A stretch of DNA of 63,932 bases, taken from the IMG/VR virus record IMGVR_UViG_3300037070_001552, positions 1 through 63,932 of that record; one strand, 5' to 3'. The notes under the pieces were generated by a model. The model worked only from the letters and a program-made list of their open reading frames with translations. It made no database searches and had not been told where the DNA came from. The stretch comes from a virus. Taxonomy: Duplodnaviria; Caudoviricetes. Each line of letters starts with the position of its first letter. Position 1 is the first letter of the stretch. The position numbers were made by a program, and so were the translations under genes. Below are positions 43,775 to 52,354 of the stretch, one piece after another.

Positions 43775-46284
43775 TGATCCCCGCTGAGTTCGCGGCGGTG
43801 AGGCGGGAACGCCTCACTCGGGCCGATGATGAGCTTCACGGTGTTGTCGAGGCTGGGCTCGTCAAGTATGCGAACGGTGATGCCGACTGGAAAGAGGAGA
43901 TCCTCGAGACGGCGGCGCAGCTCTGGATCGAGCACTTCGAGGCCGAGGCTCCGGGCCGCAGCTTTGAGCGTCCGCTCGTGCGCTTCCGCACTCGCTTGAA
44001 CGATGCGCTCGATAAGACCGCCGAACCCGGCGACGATGGGGTCACGGACGGGCAGATCGACCGTGTAACGAAGTGGCTCGCGACCTACACCGTGAACGAT
44101 GGGACGATCACCGGGGCATTCGGCCGAGGGATCACTCACAAGCGATGGACCACTAGCCATGACGCCAGCGTACGGGAGATTCACGAGGCCGTCGATGGAC
44201 AGATCGTGCCGATTGGTGGAGCATTCACCGTAGGTGGAACCAAGATCGGCTACCCAGGCGAGCCGGTCGGCCCGCCCGAAGTCTGGATCAACTGCCGCTG
44301 TTTCGCACAGCCGGCCGCTCGAACAGGAGAAGCCATGTCGCTCGCGACTCACACGATCGGCCCCGAGGATGGGGTCGAGGACGACAACCCCGATGTGGTC
44401 GTGGGGAACAACGCATTCGCGGCCGACGAAGAGGCCGAGATCCCGCCTGTAGAGCGGGAAGTCGAGGCTCCGGTGGACGACGAGCCCGACGACGACGAGG
44501 AGCTCATCACCGAGATCCCGATCCACGGCGTCGCGACCGTCGAGGACGCATGGACCGGCGATCGGCGATTCTTCGAGAAGGAGGCGGTCACATGGCGCGA
44601 TCTCCCGCTGCCCTACCGCTACCAGCCCACTGACATCGGCGGGCACGACGGCGCGGTCACCGTCGGCCGGCTGGATTCGATCACCCGCGAGGGCAACGAG
44701 ATCCGCTACGAGGGCGCGATCGTGCTGAACCGCCCGTACGCGCAGGAGGTCATCGACGGGCTGATCTCCGGCACCGTTGGCGGCGTGTCCGTCGACGTGG
44801 ACGACATCGTGGTCAACGGCCGCGCCACCGAGGCGGCGATGGCCGAGGCGATGGAGGAGTTCGACGCCACCGGCATGATGCGAGCCGAGCCGACCGTCTA
44901 TGCCGGCGCGCGCATCGCGGGGCTGACCGGCGTGGCGATCCCGGCATTCCAGGAGGGATGGACCGCACTCGGATCGTGGGCTGACGCCGAGGGTGTGGAC
45001 GAAGCGCTCGCCGCGTGTGGCTGCCTGCAGACCGGCATCGAGCTCTCCGACGACACCGAGATCGTGGATCTCACGACGGATGTCGTCGCCGTGCAGCGAG
45101 AGGACGCGCAGGGAACCGCGTGGTTCGGACCCTTCGAGGACACCGCGGCCGCTGAGGCGTGGATCGCCGGTGAGGGTGGCGATGGCGAGTTCGACATCAT
45201 CCCGATCAACAAGGCGCTCACCGCCGCCGGCGGCGTGTTCGCCCCGGGGACGAAGGATGGCCCGGGCTGGATCACGCACCCGATCCCCACCTCGCGAATC
45301 CGCCGCTACTGGGTCTCCGGTGCCGGCGCCGCGAAGATCAAGTGGGGCGCTCCGGGAGACTTCAACCGCTGCCGGTCGCAGCTCGCGAAGTACGTGCAGA
45401 ACCCCGACTGGCTCGCGGGTCTCTGCGCGAACATGCACTACGAGGCGCTCAAGTTCTGGCCGGCATCCCACAAGGGCAAGCACGCGCTCGCCGCAGCTGG
45501 CACCGCGACCGCGCCGGGCATGACGCTCGTGGCCGCCGGCACGCGGACGATCTACCCGTCGGAGTTCTTCGCCGAGCCGAAGGACGAGGGTCGCGCCTAC
45601 CCGATGCGGATCGACCGCGAGACCCGGCACTTCTACGGCTACCTCGCCGAGCGCGGCACCTGCCACATCGGCATCGCCGGTGCGTGCGTGGACCCGCCCA
45701 CCTCGACCAACGACTACGCGTACTTCCTCAAGGGCATCGTCGAGACCGACGCCGGCGAGCAGCGTGTCGGAACGATCACCTACGGGATCGGCCATGCCAA
45801 CGAGCGCATGCGCGCTGCCGCGGCGACCGCGCACTACGACCGCACCGATGCGGTTCGGGCATACGTCAACATGGGCGACAACCACTACGGCATCTGGTAC
45901 TCCGGGGTGCTCGCGCCGTGGGTCACAGACGAGGACATTGACGCGATGCTGGCGATCGGCGCCCTGTCGGGCGACTGGCGTGACTGGGGCAACGCGCAGC
46001 TCGATCTCGTGGGGGCGGTCGCAGTGAACACTCCGGGATTCCAGCTTGCCGCCTCCGGTGGCCGGCAGATCTCGCTGATCGCGGCTGGGCGCGTCGCGCC
46101 AGAGACCGTCCTCACGGCATCCGCCACGATGGTCGACACGGAACAGGTCGCGGCCATCGCGCGAACGGCGGTCGCCGAGTACCGTCACATGGAAAAGGTC
46201 GAGGCTCGAGTCGCGCCGGCGCGGGCAAAGGCCAAGGAGCGTCGCCTGAGCCTGGCGCGCGAACGCGTATCGAAGAGGGGTTGA
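43774..46284 (+). CDS. MuF-like / capsid maturation protease fusion
   Basis: KRWTTSHDASVR..H...INCRC (MuF); TGDRR, GHDGAVTVGR, GVSVD, VAIPAF; LSGDWR, AVNTPGF. Confidence 0.8.
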   Translation: MIPAEFAAVRRERLTRADDELHGVVEAGLVKYANGDADWKEEILETAAQLWIEHFEAEAPGRSFERPLVRFRTRLNDALDKTAEPGDDGVTDGQIDRVTKWLATYTVNDGTITGAFGRGITHKRWTTSHDASVREIHEAVDGQIVPIGGAFTVGGTKIGYPGEPVGPPEVWINCRCFAQPAARTGEAMSLATHTIGPEDGVEDDNPDVVVGNNAFAADEEAEIPPVEREVEAPVDDEPDDDEELITEIPIHGVATVEDAWTGDRRFFEKEAVTWRDLPLPYRYQPTDIGGHDGAVTVGRLDSITREGNEIRYEGAIVLNRPYAQEVIDGLISGTVGGVSVDVDDIVVNGRATEAAMAEAMEEFDATGMMRAEPTVYAGARIAGLTGVAIPAFQEGWTALGSWADAEGVDEALAACGCLQTGIELSDDTEIVDLTTDVVAVQREDAQGTAWFGPFEDTAAAEAWIAGEGGDGEFDIIPINKALTAAGGVFAPGTKDGPGWITHPIPTSRIRRYWVSGAGAAKIKWGAPGDFNRCRSQLAKYVQNPDWLAGLCANMHYEALKFWPASHKGKHALAAAGTATAPGMTLVAAGTRTIYPSEFFAEPKDEGRAYPMRIDRETRHFYGYLAERGTCHIGIAGACVDPPTSTNDYAYFLKGIVETDAGEQRVGTITYGIGHANERMRAAAATAHYDRTDAVRAYVNMGDNHYGIWYSGVLAPWVTDEDIDAMLAIGALSGDWRDWGNAQLDLVGAVAVNTPGFQLAASGGRQISLIAAGRVAPETVLTASATMVDTEQVAAIARTAVAEYRHMEKVEARVAPARAKAKERRLSLARERVSKRG

Positions 46285-46287
46285 ACA

Positions 46288-46440
46288 ATGGCATGCGCAT
46301 GCGGATCCAAGACCGCCAGCGGAGCGAACAAGACGTACACCGTCACCTCGCCGAGTGGCGAGAAAAAGACCTATCGCAGTGAGGTCGAGGCCACTTCCGC
46401 CGCCCGTCGGGTGGGCGGAACGTGGAAGGCCAGCAGCTAG
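46288..46440 (+). CDS. Small head-region protein (not in ORF track)
   Basis: MACACG...SEVEA..AARRVGG; GAGGGG RBS. Confidence 0.65.
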   Translation: MACACGSKTASGANKTYTVTSPSGEKKTYRSEVEATSAARRVGGTWKASS

Positions 46441-46588
46441 ATCTGGGCATTTCGGTAAGGGCATGTTGCGCTTTCGCGCAATGTGCCCTTACTCTGTCCA
46501 CAGCAGCAGTACCTCCCGCAGCCGTAGGCGGGGACGGAAATCGGGGCCTCTCGCCCCCACTAGAACCGTTCCCAAGCAGGAGGATGTC

Positions 46589-48361
46589 ATGAAGATCAAG
46601 CTGCCCGAGGACATCAACGCCCTCAGCATCGACGAGCTCAACGAGCTCAGCCGCGACGCATGGGAGGAATACACCTCCATCGCCGCAAAGCCCGACGCCG
46701 ACGTGACCGACGAGGATCTCGCTGATCTCGACGCACTCGACGCGGCCAACGCCCTGATCGACACCCGCATCGCGGAGATCGAGGGCGCAGCGCAGGAGCG
46801 CGCCGACAAGCTCGCCGCAGCACGCGGCAAGGTGGCCGAGGCAGAAGCCCCGGCCGAAGATCCCGAAGCTGGCGCCGAAGACCCCGAGGAGGGCGATCCT
46901 GCCCCCGAGGGCGAAGTCGTCGACCCCGAGGCCGAGGTGGAGGCAGAACAGGAGCAGGAGCTCGTGACCGCATCCGCATCGCGTCGCCGCACCGTACGTG
47001 CAGCCGCCTCGAAGTCGCCGGCTCCCGCCGACGTGATCCCGCAGGGTGGTGGCGCGACGCTGCTCGCAGCTGCCAACCTCCCGTCGATCGCGGCCGACAC
47101 CGCGTTCACGGACCTGTCGCACGCATCGCGTGTGTGGGAGCAGCGGATCTCGAAGGGCCCCGCGGCCGGTTCGCACGCGTTCGCCGAGGATCTCTCGGAT
47201 CTCAAGCCCGTCGAGCTCAAGGGCTCGCACGTGCAGCAGGGGTTCATGAAGATCAAGCGGGCCGAGAACGAGTTCTCGACCGGCCTCGACATGAGCGCCA
47301 CCGAGCAGCTGCGGATCATCGACGAGGCGGCTGACGAGCGCAAGCGCTTCGGCTCCGAGGGGCTCGCCAAGAAGTCTCTGACCGCGGCCGGCACCGCATG
47401 GTGTGCGCCGTCGGAGAACCTCTACGACTTCTGCTCGTACGAGTCGGTCGACGGGATCCTCGACATCCCGACGATCAACATCCGCCACGGTGGCATCAAC
47501 TTCACCAAGGGCCCGGACTACGCGACGCTCGCCGCCACGTGGGGCTTCCTGCAGACGGAGGCTCAGGCCATCGCGAACACGTCCAAGACGTGCTACCCGG
47601 TCGCTTGCCCCCCGTTCGCGGAGACCCGCATGGATGCCGTCGGCTTCTGTGTCACGGCCGGCGTCCTGACGGCGAGCCCGGGTGGATACCCCGAGCTCAT
47701 CCGTCGCGTCCTCGAGATCGGCACCGTCGCGCACGCCCACAAGGTCAACGCGCAGGTGATCAGCCGCATCCAGACGATCATCGGTGCGGCGACCGACTAC
47801 GTGGAGCTCGGCGCGGCAACGTCCGATCTCCTGCAGGCTCTCGAGATCGCGGCGCTGCGTCTGCGCTACTCGCTGGCGATGTCCGAGAACACCACGCTCG
47901 AGGTCATCCTGCCGATGTGGGCGAAGGCCCTCATCCGTGCCGACCTGTCCCGCCGTCCCGGCGTCGACAGCTGGCTCGCGGTCACTGACCAGCAGATCAA
48001 CTCGTGGTTCGCCGTTCGCGGAGTCCGCGCCCAGTGGGTTCAGGACTACCAGCCCCTCGGCGTCGGCGCGCTGACGACCGATGGTGGAACGCTCAACTGG
48101 ACGGGTCTCCCCACCCAGGTCGAGTTCATGATGTTCCCCGCAGGGGCGTTCATCAAGGGCACGACCCCGGTGATCGACCTGGACACGATCTACGACTCGG
48201 TGGGACTGTCGACGAACACCTTCACGGCAGCGTTCTTCGAGGAGGGCCTGCTCGTCGCCAACCGCTGCGGATTCGGCGTCCGCTACAAGGTGACCTTCAC
48301 CGGCTCCTCGGCGATCCTCGGCCACACCGGCGCCCAGCGTCTCGGCCAGATCTTCGCCTAG
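46589..48361 (+). CDS. Major capsid (hexamer) protein with N-terminal scaffold-like region
   Basis: AGGAGG RBS; acidic coiled N-terminus; LTAAG..WCAPSENLYD, KTCYPVACP, FFEEG. Confidence 0.82.
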   Translation: MKIKLPEDINALSIDELNELSRDAWEEYTSIAAKPDADVTDEDLADLDALDAANALIDTRIAEIEGAAQERADKLAAARGKVAEAEAPAEDPEAGAEDPEEGDPAPEGEVVDPEAEVEAEQEQELVTASASRRRTVRAAASKSPAPADVIPQGGGATLLAAANLPSIAADTAFTDLSHASRVWEQRISKGPAAGSHAFAEDLSDLKPVELKGSHVQQGFMKIKRAENEFSTGLDMSATEQLRIIDEAADERKRFGSEGLAKKSLTAAGTAWCAPSENLYDFCSYESVDGILDIPTINIRHGGINFTKGPDYATLAATWGFLQTEAQAIANTSKTCYPVACPPFAETRMDAVGFCVTAGVLTASPGGYPELIRRVLEIGTVAHAHKVNAQVISRIQTIIGAATDYVELGAATSDLLQALEIAALRLRYSLAMSENTTLEVILPMWAKALIRADLSRRPGVDSWLAVTDQQINSWFAVRGVRAQWVQDYQPLGVGALTTDGGTLNWTGLPTQVEFMMFPAGAFIKGTTPVIDLDTIYDSVGLSTNTFTAAFFEEGLLVANRCGFGVRYKVTFTGSSAILGHTGAQRLGQIFA

Positions 48362-48365
48362 TAGA

Positions 48366-48401
48366 TCCCGGGTGGCGGCTGGCTCCGGCCGCCACCCGGG
48401 A
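48366..48401 (+). terminator. Strong hairpin without U-tract between the capsid genes
   Basis: TCCCGGGTGGCGGC / GCCGCCACCCGGGA. Confidence 0.6.
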
Positions 48402-48426
48402 AACACTCTGAGAGGAGGTGGGCATC

Positions 48427-49176
48427 ATGGCAGAACCGGTCGGATACCTCGAGGTCGGCCCCACGCGCAAGCCGCGCAGGGGTGGCATCAAGTCCGTCGC
48501 GGAGTTCGTGCCCACCGACCGCCTCATGGCGGTCAAGGCGCTGGACTGGACCAACGAACCGTGTACGTTCCCGAACGCCGCTCCGGGACTCTGCTGGGGG
48601 ACCAACCCCGGCGGCACCAAGAGCTTCAACGGCAACGATGTCAACCGCTCCGGGGACGCGTTCGCGCTGTACTCCGGGGATGAGTGCTTCGCCGGCGGCG
48701 GGCTCGACTACGACTCCCGCGCACGCGCCTCGCTCGAGCAGGGTGAGGATCGCGAGCTCGAGGAACGCCTTGTGCTGTTCCTGGCCGCGAAGGATGCCAC
48801 GCCGGCAGACTTCGGTGGCTTCGCTGCGGGATTCGCCGCAGCTGAGACCGCGGCCGACAACGACTACATCGGGCAGCCGGTGATCGTGATGAACCGCGGC
48901 GACGTGAGCGCAGCTGGCGCCGCACGCGTGATCTTCTCGGACAACGAGGGGAACCTGACCACGCAGAACGGCACGCCCGTTCTCGCTTCGGGCAGGGTGC
49001 CGGCCGGCGACTTCTACGTCACCGGACAGATCACCGTGTTCACGAGCCCCGCGATCATCGTGAACCGCGTGATCCACCACATCAACAATCGCGAAATGGC
49101 AATCGCCGAGCGGGCATACGCGTTCGGCATCGACTGCGACTATGTGGTCGCGTACAGCGTCACGGAGGTGCCGTAA
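48427..49176 (+). CDS. Major capsid pentamer protein
   Basis: About 250 aa directly after the capsid gene; LTTQNGTPV, AIAERAYAFGIDC; GGAGGT RBS. Confidence 0.7.
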   Translation: MAEPVGYLEVGPTRKPRRGGIKSVAEFVPTDRLMAVKALDWTNEPCTFPNAAPGLCWGTNPGGTKSFNGNDVNRSGDAFALYSGDECFAGGGLDYDSRARASLEQGEDRELEERLVLFLAAKDATPADFGGFAAGFAAAETAADNDYIGQPVIVMNRGDVSAAGAARVIFSDNEGNLTTQNGTPVLASGRVPAGDFYVTGQITVFTSPAIIVNRVIHHINNREMAIAERAYAFGIDCDYVVAYSVTEVP

Positions 49177-49721
49177 TGGCCGAGAACGAAGAGACTCAGG
49201 ATCAGCCCGTCGACCCGGATGCACCCGGGTTCATCAGCGGGGTCAACGAGGCGAACGCCAAGCGGGCGCTCCAAGCGGCCGACGACGTGGGCGTGCACCA
49301 GTGGCAGGTTCGCGTAGTCCGCGACGGCTTCGAGGCGCCGAACAAGGTGGTCGATCGCTACCAGGAGCTGCTCGAGGCCGACACCAAGGGCGAGAAGGCG
49401 GCTGCGAAGCTGGCCGAGAAGGACGCCAAGGCGCTCGAGAAGGCCGAAAAGGAATCCGCCAAGGCCGCGAAGCAGGCTGCCAAGGATGCTGGCGCCGGCA
49501 CCCCGGTCGAGGGAGCGGGCACCGTCGAGGCGCCCGTCACCGAGCCGGTCCCCGTGACCGGCGAGGCACCCGCGTCGGATGACGTGCCGGCCGACAACGA
49601 CGACTGGACGCACGCGCGCCTCGACCAGTACGCGAGCGACAACGGCCTCACGGTCACCAAGACCCTGAGCAAGCCCGACAAGGTGGCGGCGATCCTCGCA
49701 GCCCTGAACGAGAAGGAGTAG
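49176..49721 (+). CDS. Hypothetical head-associated protein
   Basis: A/K/E-rich; C-terminal HeH-like WTHARLDQYA. Confidence 0.7.
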   Translation: MAENEETQDQPVDPDAPGFISGVNEANAKRALQAADDVGVHQWQVRVVRDGFEAPNKVVDRYQELLEADTKGEKAAAKLAEKDAKALEKAEKESAKAAKQAAKDAGAGTPVEGAGTVEAPVTEPVPVTGEAPASDDVPADNDDWTHARLDQYASDNGLTVTKTLSKPDKVAAILAALNEKE

Positions 49722-49725
49722 GGCC

Positions 49726-50649
49726 ATGGTCACCAAGAGCACGAGCTACGTACGCGGGCGCACGATGCGCGTCACGCGTTCGGACGCGTGCGGTCGCGTC
49801 GTCTACGGTGAGGACTCGAGCGTCGTCACCGGCGGATTCGTGAGCGTCGCGTACACCGCGAACACCACAGAGTCCGAGGAGATCAGCGTCACCAACGCTG
49901 CCGGCGACATCTGCGTATTCGAGCCGTCGGAGGTCAAGGTCTCGGGCTACAGCGTCGAGGTCGTGTTCTGTGACGTGGACCCGGACGTGTTCACGCTGAT
50001 CACCGGGCAGGAGTCCTACCTCGATGCGTTCGGCAACGTCGTCGGCTTCACCGTCGACACGTCGATCTCGCTCGAGGGCTCGGGCTTCGGCCTCGAGGTC
50101 TGGATGGGCGCGGCCAACGTCGACGCCTGTGCGGTCGGCGGCACCGGCAAGTACGGCTACCTGCTGCTCCCCTACCTCAAGGGCGGCATCCTGGGTGACT
50201 TCACCGTGGAGAACGGCGGGATCAACTTCACGATCACCGGCGCCAGCACGCGTGACGGCAACGCCTGGGCGAAGGGCCCGTACAACGTGCAGCTGACGAA
50301 CCTCTCGGTTCCCGGCCCGCTCGTGACGGCACTGACCGCGACGCAGCACCTGCTGCTGATCCAGACCGAGGTCGCCCCGCCGACCCCGGCCATCGGCGCC
50401 CGCCCGGTCATGGACCCGGCAGCGACGGCGATCACCAGCGTCACCACGTCGAAGGCCGGCCTCGTCGTCACCTTCACCTTTGTCGGCGGCACGGCAACGC
50501 CCGTGTACATCGACTTCGGCGACGGAACGTGGGACTGGGCGCCGAGCGCGGTGCCCACGATCGCGCACACCTACGCGGCGAACGGCACCTACACGGCGAA
50601 GGCGACGACCAACGGCGTCGTTCGCACCGTGGTGGTCACCCTCCCGTAA
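49726..50649 (+). CDS. Major tail protein with C-terminal PKD/Ig-like domain
   Basis: RVTRSDACG, FCDVDPD, FGLEVW, YGYLLLP, W.KGPYNV; DFGDG...HTYAANGTY. Confidence 0.82.
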   Translation: MVTKSTSYVRGRTMRVTRSDACGRVVYGEDSSVVTGGFVSVAYTANTTESEEISVTNAAGDICVFEPSEVKVSGYSVEVVFCDVDPDVFTLITGQESYLDAFGNVVGFTVDTSISLEGSGFGLEVWMGAANVDACAVGGTGKYGYLLLPYLKGGILGDFTVENGGINFTITGASTRDGNAWAKGPYNVQLTNLSVPGPLVTALTATQHLLLIQTEVAPPTPAIGARPVMDPAATAITSVTTSKAGLVVTFTFVGGTATPVYIDFGDGTWDWAPSAVPTIAHTYAANGTYTAKATTNGVVRTVVVTLP

Positions 50650-50708
50650 TCTCGAGGGGGCGGAGGACTCCAAATCCCCCGCCCCCATCCCTCCTGAAAG
50701 GAACGGAC

Positions 50709-51269
50709 ATGCAGAAGGATTCCAGCGTCATCACCGACGAGCTCGTTGTCACGATGGAGCGTCCCCGTTCCGCTGAGGACGGCGTGGTTCTCGAGGGCAT
50801 TCTCGTCGCCGAAATGTACGACGAGTTCATGGTGCTCAAGAAGCGCGTCGAGGTGCACAACCTGATCACGACCGTCGGCGACATCATGTACATGCACCGC
50901 GGATCGGGCGCCACCTCGCCGCCCAACGCTCCGACCGGCATGCGCATCGGCACGGGCTCGACCGCCGTGGCAAAGACGGGCGCCGGAGCTGCGATCGTGA
51001 CGAAGATCACCCTCGGCAACAAGGCGTTCGACGCGACGTTCCCCTCGCTCGTGAGCAACGTGGTCACGTACAAGACCACGTACGCACCTGGTGAGGGCAC
51101 GACCGCCTCGCCGGTGACCGAAGCCGTGATCGTCAACGACACGATCGGCACGGACACCGCCACAGCTGCGGCGAACACGATCAGCCGCGCGCTGATCTCC
51201 GGCGTCGGCTCGAAGGCAGCCGGTGACACCCTCGTTCTGACTTGGACGCACACCGGCACTGGCGCGTAA
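50709..51269 (+). CDS. Virion-associated hypothetical protein
   Basis: GAAAGGA RBS; HNLITTVG, IGTGSTA, TEA, K.AGDTL.LTWT. Confidence 0.7.
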   Translation: MQKDSSVITDELVVTMERPRSAEDGVVLEGILVAEMYDEFMVLKKRVEVHNLITTVGDIMYMHRGSGATSPPNAPTGMRIGTGSTAVAKTGAGAAIVTKITLGNKAFDATFPSLVSNVVTYKTTYAPGEGTTASPVTEAVIVNDTIGTDTATAAANTISRALISGVGSKAAGDTLVLTWTHTGTGA

Positions 51270-51284
51270 TCGGGGGGCCGGGCC

Positions 51285-51992
51285 ATGGCCGCTGACTACG
51301 ACATCCCCGATGCCACCTACGACGGGACGAACCCGGACCCGGTGGAGTGGGCGAACCTCTGGATCAAGCCGGCAATCGTCGACCTTGACGCTCGCGCCAC
51401 CGAGCTCGAGGAAGGCGGTGGCGGCGGCGGGGCGGACCTGTTTCCGCGCATTTCCGGTAGGTACTACTCCACGACGCATCCTGTCAACCCGGGCAACAAT
51501 GATGCTGGCGTGTTCGGCACGTCCGGGCAGAAGGTGTTCATGCTCCCGTTTGCGGTCACCGCACCGCAGACCCTCGACAGGATCGCGGCGCACGTTTTCA
51601 CCGCAGGCGCCGGGGGATCGCTGATTCGTCTTGGGGTTTACAGCCAGGATGAGGCATTCACCACGTTCACCCGCCTGGTGTCGACCTTCTCTGCAGCAAG
51701 CTCTACGGGCGACAAGATTTCCACCATCAGCCTTCCGCTGGAAGTGGGCATGTACTGGCTTGCCTACGGGTGCACCGACACTTCGGGAACGCTCGTGACC
51801 ACGCGCATCAGCAAGGATGGCCGCCACCCTGGATCGATTGGGGCCGGGGCTCCGCAGTATCAGGTGACCGAGTTCGCTCCTCGTTGGGACGGCATTGACC
51901 TATCCACCGATCTCCCGGCTACTCTCAGTGTCGCTTCGATCGCCCAGTGGATCGAGAACGACATTCCCGTCGTGTGGGTCAGGAAGGCGTAG
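51285..51992 (+). CDS. Virion-associated hypothetical protein
   Basis: Gly linker; IRLGVY, GMYWLA beta domain. Confidence 0.7.
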   Translation: MAADYDIPDATYDGTNPDPVEWANLWIKPAIVDLDARATELEEGGGGGGADLFPRISGRYYSTTHPVNPGNNDAGVFGTSGQKVFMLPFAVTAPQTLDRIAAHVFTAGAGGSLIRLGVYSQDEAFTTFTRLVSTFSAASSTGDKISTISLPLEVGMYWLAYGCTDTSGTLVTTRISKDGRHPGSIGAGAPQYQVTEFAPRWDGIDLSTDLPATLSVASIAQWIENDIPVVWVRKA

Positions 51993-51996
51993 CGAA

Positions 51997-52341
51997 ATGG
52001 CAACCCGGCCGATCTACCTGGACAACGTGCTCCGCGAGTCGTGGAACGACGACACCCGCATCGTCACGTTCTACAACGCGAGCGGGGCAGAGACATCCAC
52101 CCGGGCGTACACGGCACCTGAAATTGCGGCGCTGACTGCAGCGCAAACAGCGGCTGCGGAGATCGCGAACGAGGCGACCATCGCGGTCGCCCTGTTCAAC
52201 GCGCTCGCGACGCTGCAGCTGATCATCGACGACACGAACGCGAATATCAACGCCAATCCAGCTGCGAGGATCAAGGATCTAGCTAAGGTACTTCGCCGCG
52301 TCATCCGACTGGTGATCCGCAGGTTCGACGGCACCACGTAG
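51997..52341 (+). CDS. Hypothetical protein
   Basis: MATRPIY; helical C-terminus. Confidence 0.65.
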   Translation: MATRPIYLDNVLRESWNDDTRIVTFYNASGAETSTRAYTAPEIAALTAAQTAAAEIANEATIAVALFNALATLQLIIDDTNANINANPAARIKDLAKVLRRVIRLVIRRFDGTT

Positions 52342-52354
52342 GGGGCGGTGACGC

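Noticed and set aside
43771-48406. Long minus-strand ORFs (897 and 687 aa)
   Set aside because: Antisense shadows of the protease and capsid genes
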